From the NCBI GenBank assembly GCA_038321985.1, contig JBBQFN010000002.1:288001-352000 (forward strand): a stretch of DNA of 64,000 bases, given 5' to 3'. The DNA comes from Cyanophyceae cyanobacterium (GTDB lineage: Bacteria; Cyanobacteriota; Cyanobacteriia; Cyanobacteriales; Laspinemataceae). Shown piece by piece: positions 9,425 through 20,700 of this stretch (position 1 is its first letter; every line of letters starts with the position of its first letter). A program made the position numbers and the translations under genes. The notes below the pieces were generated by a model that saw nothing but the letters and a program-made list of their open reading frames with translations, did not search any database and was not told where the DNA came from.

Positions 9425-11551
9425 ATGCATTTAGAAGTGTGGCCGGGTAAAGTCTATCCCTTGGGATCATACTGGGATGGTAAAGGAACAAATTTTGCTT
9501 TATTTAGTGAAAACGCAACCGCAGTAGAACTTTGTTTGTTTGACAAGGATGGCAAAGAGCAACGCCTTTCTATAAATGAAGTCGATAATCATATCTGGCA
9601 TGGCTACATCCCTGGAATCACACCCGGACAGCGATATGGATATCGAGTGCATGGGCCATACGATCCCGGTGCAGGTCATCGGTTCAATCCTAACAAACTC
9701 CTGATCGACCCCTACGCTAAAGCCATTGAAGGGGATGTACTCAGCGGACCCGAACTCTCCGGCTACAACGGGGAATCTCCTGAAGAAGACCTTTCCTTTA
9801 GCGAAACCGATAGCGCTCATTTAATCCCCAAATCCATCGTGATTGATGAGTCCTTTGATTGGGAAGGGGACCAACTCTTACAAACCCCCTTCCATGAAAC
9901 CATCATCTATGAAACCCACGTTAAAGGATTTACCAAACTTCAACCGAATATCCCCGAAGAACTGCGGGGAACCTATAGTGGCCTAGGTCATCCGGCAGCC
10001 ATTTCTCACTTGCAAACCTTGGGGATTACGGCAGTCGAACTGATGCCGGTTCATCACTTCCTCGCTTATCCTGGACATTTGGCGGATAAAGGACTCAAAA
10101 ATTATTGGGGTTACGACTCCATCAATTTCTTCTCGCCTTATTCCGGCTATAGTTCCGCGACTATACCGGGAGAACAAGTGCGGGAATTTAAGGAAATGGT
10201 TAAGGCCCTGCATAAAGCCGGAATCGAAGTCATTTTAGATGTGGTGTACAACCACACCGGGGAAGGCAATCACCTCGGTCCTACCGTGTCCATGCGGGGG
10301 GTAGATAATGCCTGCTACTATCGCCTCGTCGATGACAATCTCCGGTATTACATGGATTTCACTGGATGCGGCAATTCCCTAAACGTGCGCCATCCGCAAA
10401 TCCTTAAATTAATTATGGATAGTCTGCGCTACTGGGTGCTGGAGATGCACGTTGACGGGTTCCGATTTGATTTGGCATCGGCACTGGCGCGGGAACTGTA
10501 TGATGTCAATAATCTGGGTTCGTTCTTTAATATCATCCACCAAGATCCGGTCCTGTCCGATGTGAAACTGATCGCCGAACCCTGGGATGTGGGTCCTGGA
10601 GGCTATCAGGTGGGGAATTTTCCCCTGTTATGGTCCGAGTGGAACGGTCGCTATCGCGATACGGTTCGAGACTTTTGGCGCGGGGAGGACCGCACGTTAG
10701 GAGAATTTGCCTATCGGTTTACCGGCAGTTCGGATTTATATGAAACCAATGGGCGCAGTCCTTATGCCAGCATTAACTTTATCACGGCTCACGATGGTTT
10801 CCCTCTCTACGATTTAGTTAGCTACAACGAGAAGCATAATGAAGCCAATGGGGAAAATAGCTGTGATGGGGAAAGCCACAATCGGTCCTGGAATTGCGGT
10901 GCAGAAGGAGATACAGATGATCCACAGGTGTTGGCTTTGCGAGAACGCCAAAAGCGTAATTTTCTAGTGACTCTCATGCTGTCCCAGGGTATCCCGATGT
11001 TGCTGGCGGGGGATGAAATGGAACGCAGCCAAGGGGGGAATAATAATGCCTACTGTCAGGATAGTGAAATTTCATGGGTGAATTGGGAGTTTCCCGAGGA
11101 AAAAGCCCATCTGCTAGATTTCACGCGGCAACTGATTTATTTCCGGCGCAAGCATCCGGTGTTTCAGCGACGCAAGTGGTTCCAGGGCCGCCCGATTTAT
11201 GGGAAAACAGTTAATGATATTGGCTGGTTTAATCCCGATGGCAGCGAGATGGAGGATGAGGAGTGGGGTATTGGTTTTGCCAAGGCGATCGCAGTCTTTT
11301 TGAATGGGGAGGAAATTCCCCGGCGCAATCGTTACGGTCAGCGCGTCATTGACGAAAGTTACCTGCTCTTTTTTAATGCCCATTGGGAATTAATCGAGTT
11401 TAAATTACCCCAAGGATTAAATGAACAACAGTGGGTGACCTTAATCGATACCAAGGAACCAACCTTTCTGGAAGATGGACCCACCTATACCGGGGATAAG
11501 ACCGTACCCGTTCTTGGGCAATCGGTTGTCTTGTTAAGACGTTTAGAGTAG
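9425..11551 (+). CDS. glgX: Glycogen debranching enzyme (isoamylase) GlgX
   Basis: GH13 motifs DVVYNH, VDGFRFDLA, IAEPWD, FITAHDGF; N-terminal GTNFALFSENA. Confidence 0.95.
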   Translation: MHLEVWPGKVYPLGSYWDGKGTNFALFSENATAVELCLFDKDGKEQRLSINEVDNHIWHGYIPGITPGQRYGYRVHGPYDPGAGHRFNPNKLLIDPYAKAIEGDVLSGPELSGYNGESPEEDLSFSETDSAHLIPKSIVIDESFDWEGDQLLQTPFHETIIYETHVKGFTKLQPNIPEELRGTYSGLGHPAAISHLQTLGITAVELMPVHHFLAYPGHLADKGLKNYWGYDSINFFSPYSGYSSATIPGEQVREFKEMVKALHKAGIEVILDVVYNHTGEGNHLGPTVSMRGVDNACYYRLVDDNLRYYMDFTGCGNSLNVRHPQILKLIMDSLRYWVLEMHVDGFRFDLASALARELYDVNNLGSFFNIIHQDPVLSDVKLIAEPWDVGPGGYQVGNFPLLWSEWNGRYRDTVRDFWRGEDRTLGEFAYRFTGSSDLYETNGRSPYASINFITAHDGFPLYDLVSYNEKHNEANGENSCDGESHNRSWNCGAEGDTDDPQVLALRERQKRNFLVTLMLSQGIPMLLAGDEMERSQGGNNNAYCQDSEISWVNWEFPEEKAHLLDFTRQLIYFRRKHPVFQRRKWFQGRPIYGKTVNDIGWFNPDGSEMEDEEWGIGFAKAIAVFLNGEEIPRRNRYGQRVIDESYLLFFNAHWELIEFKLPQGLNEQQWVTLIDTKEPTFLEDGPTYTGDKTVPVLGQSVVLLRRLE

Positions 11552-11567
11552 GCCCGCCAAATTGCAC

Positions 11568-11593
11568 TAGAGACGCGAAATTTCGCGTCTCTA
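11568..11593. repeat. REP-like palindrome (TAGAGACG family), likely glgX terminator
   Basis: Perfect 26-bp palindrome TAGAGACGCGAAATTTCGCGTCTCTA; relatives at 39995, 58742 and 59489. Confidence 0.75.
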
Positions 11594-12178
11594 TCTCTAA
11601 TCTCTAGGGCAGTTGTCCCCATGCACTTAAGGCAAGGGAACTCTGAGGTCTGAATCGAGGGGGTTTAGGGAAAGAGTGCGTTACGGAAGCCACCGCAACG
11701 CACCAGAACACCTGCCGAATTTACGGCGAGACAATGTAACAGGATGGTAAGGAATAGTAGATTACCATAGCGTCTGCATCAAAGATTACAATTTTTTCAA
11801 ACTTATTAAAATGTAAGGCGGCGCGATTGTGGGGAAAGGGGGCTTGTCCAGGACGGATAGGAAGGGTTTCCTCCCTGAAGACTACCCCGCAGTCGCGGTT
11901 TATTTGTAAACTTATATTAATAGGACTTACGCCGCCCTGTAAATCAGGGCAACCACACTTGGGGAGATTCCTCTTCCCATAAAGGTCGGTTTTTTGAGGA
12001 TGAGAGGATAAACCGCATCCAGGCTTCTCCCTTGACCGAGAGGAGGAGTAAGTACAGCGACTCAAACCATTTTTGACTCAAAAAATCCTCATGCCTAGAT
12101 GGTCCCTACAGCCTCCTCAATCGCCGATCGCCGGTGTAAGTCCTAGAACTGTGAAATTGCGTCATTAAGATAGAACCG

Positions 12179-12715
12179 ATGGATACGACGACTCTCTCAT
12201 CAACGTTTTTTTTAAATCTACTCATGACGGTGGGGTTGCTTTTCTTTATTCGGGCCTCGGTGAAGGACCGAACGGAGGAACTGCAATGGGTGACAGAACA
12301 GCCGGAAGAGTCCATTCTCCCTGAGTTACAAGACTATTTCGATCGCCGCGCTTATCGGGTAACAGCGGTGGATCGGGAGCAAAATCAAGTCACCTTTGAA
12401 GGATATGTCCGTCCCAGTTGGTTTCTGGCAATTTTTCTAAGTCTGTTGGCCGCAGTCGGAATGGTATCGTTGGGCCTAATGCTGTCGATGGTCTTCCCTC
12501 AAAGCGGGAATTTGTTTCTGGGTTTGGTTCTGTTGTCCCCGATCGCGGGATTGTTTTACTGGAAAAAATCCGGTCGCATTGAACAGGTTTCTCTCCAAGT
12601 CAAGTTAATGGAGAGTCCGGGGAATAACGCCACCCAAAATAAAATTACTGTCACGGGTCATCGGGATGAACTGGCAGTCCTTCAGCAAACCCTGGGGTTA
12701 CCGCGATCGCACTGA
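12179..12715 (+). CDS. ccb1: Cofactor assembly of complex C subunit B (CCB1, DUF3529)
   Basis: STFFLNLLMTVGLLFFIRASVKDRTE, YFDRRAYRV, FYWKKSGRIEQV, VTGHRDEL. Confidence 0.85.
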   Translation: MDTTTLSSTFFLNLLMTVGLLFFIRASVKDRTEELQWVTEQPEESILPELQDYFDRRAYRVTAVDREQNQVTFEGYVRPSWFLAIFLSLLAAVGMVSLGLMLSMVFPQSGNLFLGLVLLSPIAGLFYWKKSGRIEQVSLQVKLMESPGNNATQNKITVTGHRDELAVLQQTLGLPRSH

Positions 12716-13335
12716 ACCTAAAACCATAGCAGAAATTAGCCCTATCCAAACCCTTGAGCTTGTTATAAAGCTAATTTCTAGAAAGCGCAGTATTTTAATC
12801 CGTTGGTGGCCTGATTGACCCAAAAGGTCCACTCTGACCTAGGGTTGGTTCTATCTAGCCAACGCTTTGTCCCCTGGTCCTGGCTAGGATGGCGGGTAAT
12901 TTCGGTAGAGTGATTGCCGGATGCAAACCCGGACTTTCCTGGGGAGTCGCTCAATCCATGGTCTTGGAAAAGTGCAGGTTTTAGAGCTCGCGGCGATCGC
13001 GACTTAACGCCGGTTTCCCTAATCGCCAGGAAAACTTTATGCGCAGCAAATCGCTATCTCGTCACTTGCGGGGCTAAAACCCTTCTTTCCCCAGACAAAT
13101 CCACCGCTTGACGGTATATTTGCCGTTACGGGAGTCTCTCTATACGCCAGCTATGCCAAAAACTGGGTTAACGCCGGGTAAAGATGCTAAATCTACTCGG
13201 CCCTCCGTTGGTGGCAGCTTTTAATCAAATGCTCGCACGGCAGGTTCCTCCTAGGCGATCGCCAGCCTAGTAAAATTCCTTACCGCAACCCTGGTCCTTG
13301 AACGGTCAGTTCTCGGACCTCGAAGAAAATCTCTT

Positions 13336-13653
13336 TTACCGCACTGTTAATGCCACTGGAGGCGTTTCTGCTTTACTCTCCAAGAACTTTAAGCTGGGGA
13401 ATAAAAAATGGTTTTCTTCTACATATTGAGCACCAAACAATCCTTTTTCTGCCCAGAAGTATCGATCCGTGGTATGCTCGTTTCTCTTAACTAACAACAA
13501 AGCTGGAGGCACGATGCCTTCTGCCTTGATGAATTTACGGGCGGCTGTGACTGGCTTATCTTCACCGCTTTCGATACTATACTGAGGCACGTGCTCTAAA
13601 ATCCTGCGCCCTTCTTGGCGGCGACGGCTCTTGCGCTTACGTCTCCTTGCCAA
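13336..13653 (-). CDS. DUF3155 family protein
   Basis: MARRRKRKSRRRQEGRRILE...KPVTAARKFI...HTTDRYFWAEKGLFGAQY; TTG start with RBS AGGAGG. Confidence 0.9.
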   Translation of the reverse strand: MARRRKRKSRRRQEGRRILEHVPQYSIESGEDKPVTAARKFIKAEGIVPPALLLVKRNEHTTDRYFWAEKGLFGAQYVEENHFLFPSLKFLESKAETPPVALTVR

Positions 13654-13682
13654 AATCCTTACCTCCTATTTCAGCCGACAGG

Positions 13683-13739
13683 TGTAGTGATGGTTACAAA
13701 AGTCGTGCTGATTATATCCGCTGTAATAAAAAAAATCAA
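13683..13739 (-). promoter_or_regulatory. sigma70 promoter with an NtcA site just downstream of the predicted TSS
   Basis: Minus strand TTGATT(13739-13734)-N17-TATAAT(13716-13711); TGTA-N8-TACA at 13683-13698. Confidence 0.65.
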
Positions 13740-14218
13740 TCCCTCGGTGCTAAGTTTGTTACCAATCTCTACACCCTTTATATCATAAGCCTTTTCAGAT
13801 TTTTTTTACTCCTATTTAGGCAGGTGTAAGGGTAAAATTAATAAAACTATAAAATTTGTTACAAAACTCAATCAGTTAGAGCCGATGAGAAACATCAGAA
13901 TTCTTTTATTCTGGAGAAGGGAGTGAAAAAGGGCGATATTCCTGTAGTCGTTGCCAATCCTCAATCCCTGAATCCCCAGGATTGCCACAAAGTTGCTACA
14001 AAATTGCTCGAAAATTGTCCGAAAATAAACAAGGGTTAAACGGGTTTTACCGAGGTGGGTCAGGGATCTTCCCCCAGAAGTAAGCAACCGAACTTAATTT
14101 CTGCCAACATGGACACACAGGGGCAATCTTTAGGGGTGAAGCGAGCCGAATTTTTACCAGCCCAGGGGAAAAAAGCGGGGCTCGGTCGGGTTAATTTGTT
14201 AAATCGAACAAGGGAATC

Positions 14219-15652
14219 ATGGGAATGGGAGCCAGTTCAGAATTTGTGGCCCTGTGTAAATCACAGGTGGGTTTGCTCTCGAAAGGGCTAGGATCCTCCG
14301 TGAGCGTGGTCTATTTGACCGAGGAACTGGTAGAAGAGAGCGAAGCCAAACTGATTCCGATTGTCACCTATCCAGAAACCGCTGTAGTTTGGGAAGAAAA
14401 TCCAGCACTCGCGATCGCCGGTTCGGAGATTACCACAGAAATTCTGGCCCATCCTACCTTAGACTGGGACCTCACTCCGCTTTCTGGGGAAACTGCTACC
14501 ACCGGAACCCATACCCCTCTCAATCAGGGTCCTCCTTTAGTGTCCGCTTCCTCCCGTAGACCCGTGACGGTTCATTTAGGCGAACCCATAAGGGGTTTAA
14601 ATCCAGAGGAGGAACCGATGGAGGAAGGGGAAGATTTGGCACCACACCAGCAAATTATATTACCCCTGATCCATGAAGAAATCGTGATGGGGCTGTTGGT
14701 GACGCGGCGAGAAGACCGACCCTGGACCGATCGCGAACGGATGCAGATCGAAGGTATTGCCCAAACTATTGCGATCGCCTGCATTTTGGATCGGCGACAA
14801 CGCTGGTTTAGTCAGCAACTACGCCAACAACAACGCCTAGAAGCTGAACAACATGATTTGCTGGATAACCTCCTGCACCAGGTCCGTAGCCCCCTGACTG
14901 CCATCCGCACGTTTGGGAAATTATTGTTAAAACGCCTCCGGGAACCGGATCCTAACCGCGATATTGCCGGGAGTATCCTTCGGGAGAGCGATCGCGTTCA
15001 AGAATTGCTGCAACAAATGAATCTAGCGATCGAACCCGAGGAAATAGAAGCGGTCCCGGATGTCCAAAGCCAGGACCCGTCGGAAACTCCGATGCTAGAG
15101 AGGCGATCGCCGCAATTGTTACTACCGGCATTTGATTTAGAATCCTGCGATATCCTTTCCGTGCTTGAACCCTTGCTGATCTCCGCACGAGCGATCGCCA
15201 ATGATCGCCACTTGGAATTAACAACCGATATCCCCGCCCAATTGCCGGATGTTTTGACTTATCCCAAAGCACTGCGGGAGGTTTTAAGTAATTTGATTGA
15301 TAATGCCTTGAAATATACCCCAAGCGGAGGCAAAATTTATGTGAAAGTGGGGGATAAGCGTCAAATTCAGGGGGTGACCCTGATGGCGATCGCCATCAGC
15401 GATACGGGAAGTGGTATTCCCCCCCAAGACTTAGAACAGTTATTCCAGCGGCATTATCGCGGGGTTAAGGCTAATAGTGACATTCCCGGTACGGGATTGG
15501 GGTTGGCGATCGCCCGAGAATTGATTGCCCAAATGCAAGGAGAAATCGAGGTATTTAGTCCGACTCCCCCCCAGTGGCGATCGCCCAGTTGGCTTAATCC
15601 TTACCGATCCCATCATCCAGGTACAACCTTTATTGTGTGGCTGCGACTCTAA
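14219..15652 (+). CDS. hik2: GAF-containing sensor histidine kinase, Hik2/CSK type
   Basis: ASSEFVALCKSQ N-terminus, H-box LLHQVRSPLTAIRTFGKLLLKR, NLIDNALKY, DTGSGIP, GTGLGL; sits next to DUF3155 and ccb1. Confidence 0.85.
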   Translation: MGMGASSEFVALCKSQVGLLSKGLGSSVSVVYLTEELVEESEAKLIPIVTYPETAVVWEENPALAIAGSEITTEILAHPTLDWDLTPLSGETATTGTHTPLNQGPPLVSASSRRPVTVHLGEPIRGLNPEEEPMEEGEDLAPHQQIILPLIHEEIVMGLLVTRREDRPWTDRERMQIEGIAQTIAIACILDRRQRWFSQQLRQQQRLEAEQHDLLDNLLHQVRSPLTAIRTFGKLLLKRLREPDPNRDIAGSILRESDRVQELLQQMNLAIEPEEIEAVPDVQSQDPSETPMLERRSPQLLLPAFDLESCDILSVLEPLLISARAIANDRHLELTTDIPAQLPDVLTYPKALREVLSNLIDNALKYTPSGGKIYVKVGDKRQIQGVTLMAIAISDTGSGIPPQDLEQLFQRHYRGVKANSDIPGTGLGLAIARELIAQMQGEIEVFSPTPPQWRSPSWLNPYRSHHPGTTFIVWLRL

Positions 15653-15698
15653 AGGCCATTTTCCCTGACAATTCCCTAGTCTCTGAATCTCCAGCCGT

Positions 15699-16430
15699 AT
15701 GAATTTAGCTTTACTCTTTGCGATCGCCTTAGCTTTGGTTCATATTGGAGCCCAAAATCTGCTCTTTCTGCATTCCTCTGCACGCAACCATTGGCTATCA
15801 ATGGCAGGTGGCGTATCCGTGGCTTACACGTTTGTTCACATTTTCCCCGAACTGAGTAAAGGACAAGAAACGGTGGAAGCTTCAGCGCTCAACGGGTTGG
15901 CATTTATAGAAAACCATGTTTATTTGATGTCACTGTTGGGATTTTCGATCTTTTACGGGTTGGAAAAACTGGCAAAGACATCGCGGCAGCACCAACTTAA
16001 AATCGGACGAGGAGATGCCACGAGCGAGAGAGTTTTCTGGTTACATATCACTTCTTTTGCGCTTTATAATGCCCTAATTGGCTATCTGCTATTGCATCCA
16101 GAAGAAGAATCGAATTTTTTGAGTCTGCTATTCTTTTTCGTCGCCATGGCGTTGCATTTTATCGTCAATGACTTTGGCTTGCGCGAACATCACAAACGGG
16201 ATTACAGCCACATTGGGCGCTGGGTACTGGCAGCGGCGGTGCTCGTCGGATGGGCGGTTGGCAGTGCGACGACTATTTCCCACGAAGCGATTTCGCTGCT
16301 CTTTGCCTTTTTAGCCGGAGGCATTATCCTTAACATCCTCAAAGAAGAACTACCAGAAGAGCGGGAAACCCGATTTTGGGCCTTTGCGAGTGGTGCTGCG
16401 GCTTATTCTGTACTGTTACTCACCATCTGA
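15699..16430 (+). CDS. Multi-pass membrane protein, ZIP-transporter-like
   Basis: Several hydrophobic helices; WLSMAGGVSVAYTFVHIFPEL, AMALHF, AFLAGGIILNILKEELP. Confidence 0.7.
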   Translation: MNLALLFAIALALVHIGAQNLLFLHSSARNHWLSMAGGVSVAYTFVHIFPELSKGQETVEASALNGLAFIENHVYLMSLLGFSIFYGLEKLAKTSRQHQLKIGRGDATSERVFWLHITSFALYNALIGYLLLHPEEESNFLSLLFFFVAMALHFIVNDFGLREHHKRDYSHIGRWVLAAAVLVGWAVGSATTISHEAISLLFAFLAGGIILNILKEELPEERETRFWAFASGAAAYSVLLLTI

Positions 16431-16972
16431 GAGCCCAGAGGGTTTTAGGATTGATTTTGAATGAGGGAACTGCAAACCTTAACAGGACTTTGCAGCCTCA
16501 CCGGATTAACCCCAACTAAAACGGGCTAATTCGTCGGGTTATTTAGGTATTTATTCTGGGTCAAAATAATTAGCTAAGGCACTCCACAACCCCGCCAAAA
16601 AGTTATCGGTGTACCTGACCCTTGAAACTGATGCTTTAAGGGGAATTAAGGGGCTTTTTTTTGGGTATCTCAGGGCATTAATTTTAGAGAGTAAAACGCT
16701 GAAAGCCTTTACTGGTAGTTATTTTGATATTTTTTAGGCTAATCTATTGCGGAAACTAAATCTAGGCGTTATGATTTTTTAGGTACTACCTCTAAGGGTA
16801 GAGACGGGACCGCATCTTTCCCTCAGTCTGGAAAATTCCTGAGTTCCGGTGTTCGATTGGGCGACAGACTAAAGCTCAAAATGTCCAGGCTTGGGTCATT
16901 TGAGGGCGATCTACCTGATTTACACCCGAACAACTGTCAGGAAATTTAGATAAATGGATTGAGAAGAATTTG

Positions 16973-17013
16973 GTATTCGATGCTACATTAGATTTACGAT
17001 GAATTGGTAGCCT
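16973..17013 (+). promoter_or_regulatory. NtcA-activated (class II) promoter
   Basis: GTA-TTCGATGC-TAC, 21 nt, TAGCCT (TAN3T); RBS AGGAG and ATG follow. Confidence 0.6.
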
Positions 17014-17053
17014 AAATTACTTTTAAGCGTTTTCACTAGGAGCGAGCTAAAAG

Positions 17054-17266
17054 ATGCATCCAGTATGTATAATCCCTCTAAGCATTGCAGTGTGTGCCTT
17101 TCTGATTAATCGACGGACCTCGGAAGAAACCGTAGGCGTGATGTCCATGACCTTAGCCGGACTTCTAGCCGTTGTAGCCTTAATTTTGGCACCCTGGCAG
17201 ATTCAGCTTGTGGGCGCGGTGGCTTTAGTGTTAGACCGCTATCATTGGTTGAAGGTTCGAGGGTAG
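17054..17266 (+). CDS. Small hydrophobic membrane protein (70 aa)
   Basis: RBS AGGAG; two to three hydrophobic segments, LILAPWQIQL motif. Confidence 0.75.
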   Translation: MHPVCIIPLSIAVCAFLINRRTSEETVGVMSMTLAGLLAVVALILAPWQIQLVGAVALVLDRYHWLKVRG

Positions 17267-17799
17267 GGAAGGATTGAAAAGACGGGGAGGATGCAGGAGA
17301 CTCCTATCAACAGTGCGATCGCTACAAACGCACTGTCTAGGGGAGGACTTACACCTCACCTGTATAGATTGTCAGAACAACAGATCTGTCCCTGTCGCCG
17401 CACTCTACATCAGGTATAGGGTTTTTCAAATGTCGGAAAACTGGATGGAGTAGGATTCTCTTTTTTACCGGGGATGATGATTTTAAAATCATGGGGTTGA
17501 TGCAAACGAAACCCGATTATTTGTTACCACCCCTGGCAATAAGGGATAGAAAATTTGATTAATTGTAAATATTTGTAAAATTAAGCGGTCAAAAGGTAGA
17601 ATCCAGTAGAAATTTGGCTCAAAATAGGAAGTTGAATGGGTCGTCAAGCCCACAAATACCAGCATCAAACTGGATAATTTCGGAGTAAAGGCGATCGCTT
17701 CTTTAGATTCAACCCTCAAACCGGCCATCCCTAGCCCTATCCCTTCATTCCTCCTGAACCCCTTGGGCGATCGCCCTTTTATGAGTAAGCCTGATTGAT

Positions 17800-20700
17800 A
17801 TGATTCCCTTAGAACTGAGTTTAAAAAACTTTTTGAGCTATCGCGAAGCAACCTTAGACTTTCATGGGTTGCATACTGCCTGTATCTGTGGACCGAATGG
17901 CGCGGGAAAATCCTCTCTCTTAGAAGCTCTCGCTTGGTCCCTGTGGGGGAATAGTCGCGCTGGAACGGAGGACGATATTATTCATAGTGGGGAAATGGAT
18001 GCGCGGGTTGATTTTACCTTCCAAACCAATCAGCAAATCTATCGGGTGATTCGTTCTCGGCAACGGGGTCAGTCCAGTTCCCTAGAATTTCAAGTTGCCA
18101 CAACTTCAGAGGATTTGAGTCGGAATCAACCGGAAAATTTGGAATTTCGCTCTCTCACTGAGAAGGGTTTGCGGGCAACTCAGGATAAAATTATCCAACA
18201 TATCAAACTCGACTACGAAACCTTTACCAATTCATCATACCTGCGCCAAGGTCGAGCTGATGAGTTCATGTTGAAACGACCATCTGAACGGAAACAGGTG
18301 TTGGCAACTCTACTTAGACTTGACCATTACGATGATTTAGCAGAACAGGCAAAAGACCGATCGCGGGAAGCAAAAGGCCAAGTGCTATTACTGGAACAAA
18401 GTTTAGCTTCCCTTCAGCAGCGGTTACAAGAAACAATGGCGATCGCTCAAAACCTGGACCAGGTGGAAGCTCAAATTGCCCAGGGTCAAGGGGAAGTAAA
18501 TAGTTATCGATCGCAATTACAACAGTTTCAACAGGTCCAACTCCAGCGTCAAAACTGGCAGCAACAAATCGCCAATCACCAGGACCGCGATCGCCAATTA
18601 AAGGAAGACTGCGATCGCACTGAACAAGAACTCAAACTGAATCATCGCCGTTGCCAAGAACTAGAGGCGCTGTTGAAGCAAGAGAGCGAGATTATTGCCG
18701 GGTATCATCAATATCAGCAATTACAAGCTCAGGAAGAAGTTCAAGCCTCTAAATTCCAATCCTATCAACAAGCGATACAACAGCGTCAACAATTACAGGA
18801 TCAGGAACGCAAAACGTTAGCTTCTCTGGAATCCCAAATTTCTTCTAGCCAAGGGGAACTGGAGTATATCCGACGCCAGGAAGCGGATTTGGTAGAGATT
18901 TTGAATAAAGCACCCGAAGTAGAAGCAGCGATCGCCAAATTACAACAAGCGCGCGATCGGCTGACTTATCTCGATGATCTCCATACTCGGGTCAAACCCT
19001 TAATGACTCGCCACCAAACGCTACAAGTCGAGCTTGATCGCCTTCGTGCTCGCTTATCCGCACGACTCGAAGAAATTGCGGGTCAAATCCACCGCCTAGA
19101 AGTGGAACAAGATCATAGCTATGTTCTAGAAGATAGTCTCGGAGAAGTGGCGATCGCCATTGATGCCTTAGAGAAAAAGCGAGTCTATCAACAACGAGTG
19201 CGAGAAAAAGGGTTAGAACGCCGCAATTTTATGGAACGTCTGATGGGACAAACCTCCGATTACGAAACCCAACTCGCTGGGGTAACTCAAAAAATCCAGA
19301 TGTTGCAAGTGCCTGATGCACTTTGTCCTTTGTGCGATCGCCCGTTGGATGAACATCACTGGGATTTGGTCATTGAAAAGCAAAAAGCCCAGGAACAGGA
19401 GATTATCAATCAGATCTGGGTGTTAAAAGAACAACTGGCAACCAGCGATCGGGAAATTCAAATTCTGCGCCAGGAGTATCGGGAATTGGAGGAGGAGTTA
19501 AAACATTATAACGCCTTACGGGAGCGCCGGGGACAATTACAGGCTCAAATTGATGCTACTTTAGCGTCCCGGGACCGATTACAGCATCTCACCTTAGAAA
19601 AACAACAATTAGAACAGTCGTTGCATACGGGAAGCTATGCGGGAGAATTATATAGCGAACTCCAAGCCTTAGAAAAGTCGCTGCAACAGCTAAATTACAA
19701 TGATCAAGACCGCAGTCTGGCTTTAAATGAGGAAAAACGTTGGCGCTGGGGGGAAATTAAGCAAGGGCAAATTCAGCAATCTCAGCGGCAAATGACACAA
19801 TTACAAGGGCGCAAGCCCGAGTTACAACAACGTTTGGAGCAGTTACAAGCTGCATTACAGGCGCAACAAACAAACTCCCCCTTGCAGCAGCAGATCGCTT
19901 TGCTTGATCGTCACTTACAAACCATTGGTTATGACCCCCAGGAGCATAACAACCTCAGAGGTGCGTTACGAAAAGCGCAACTCTGGCTGGGACGAATGGA
20001 GGAGTTAAAGCAAGCACAGCAACAATATCCCCAGGTGGAACAGCGGGTTACGGAATTAACCCGTCAGTTTGAGGCGCGATCCGGCGATCGCGCTTCATTG
20101 CGCCAGCAGATTCAAGCGCTGCATCAGCAACTTCAGGACATTCCCGACCCCAGCGATCGCATCAAAGCTACAGAGGGACAAATCCAGCGGTTGCGGTCCT
20201 CCCTGGATAGTTTGCTAGCTACAAAAGGACGGTTGCAACAACAACAACAGCATCTCACCGCCCTCCACAGTCAGTCCGAAGAACAACGTAAACAACTGCA
20301 AACCTCTCACCGTCAAGAGCGCGTTTATCGGGAACTGGCAACGGCATTTGGCAAAAATGGCATACAAGCCTTAATGATTGAAAATGTGCTGCCACAGTTG
20401 GAGGGAGAAACCAATCAGATTTTGTCTCGACTCAGTGGCAATCAACTTCATGTTCAATTTGTAACTCAGCGTGCCAGTCGGGGACGCAGCAAAAAAGCGA
20501 CCAAATTAATTGATACCTTGGATATTTTAATTGCCGATGCCCGAGGGACCCGAGCTTATGAAACCTATTCCGGAGGCGAGGCATTTAGGATTAATTTTGC
20601 CATTCGCTTAGCATTAGCTCGATTACTGGCTCATCGGGCGGGAACCTCTTTACAAATGTTAATTGTGGATGAAGGATTTGGAACTCAGGACCGGGAAGGT

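Noticed and set aside
13270..13283. GTA-N8-TAC match
   Set aside because: Lies between convergent 3' ends and lacks the flanking T/A; probably chance
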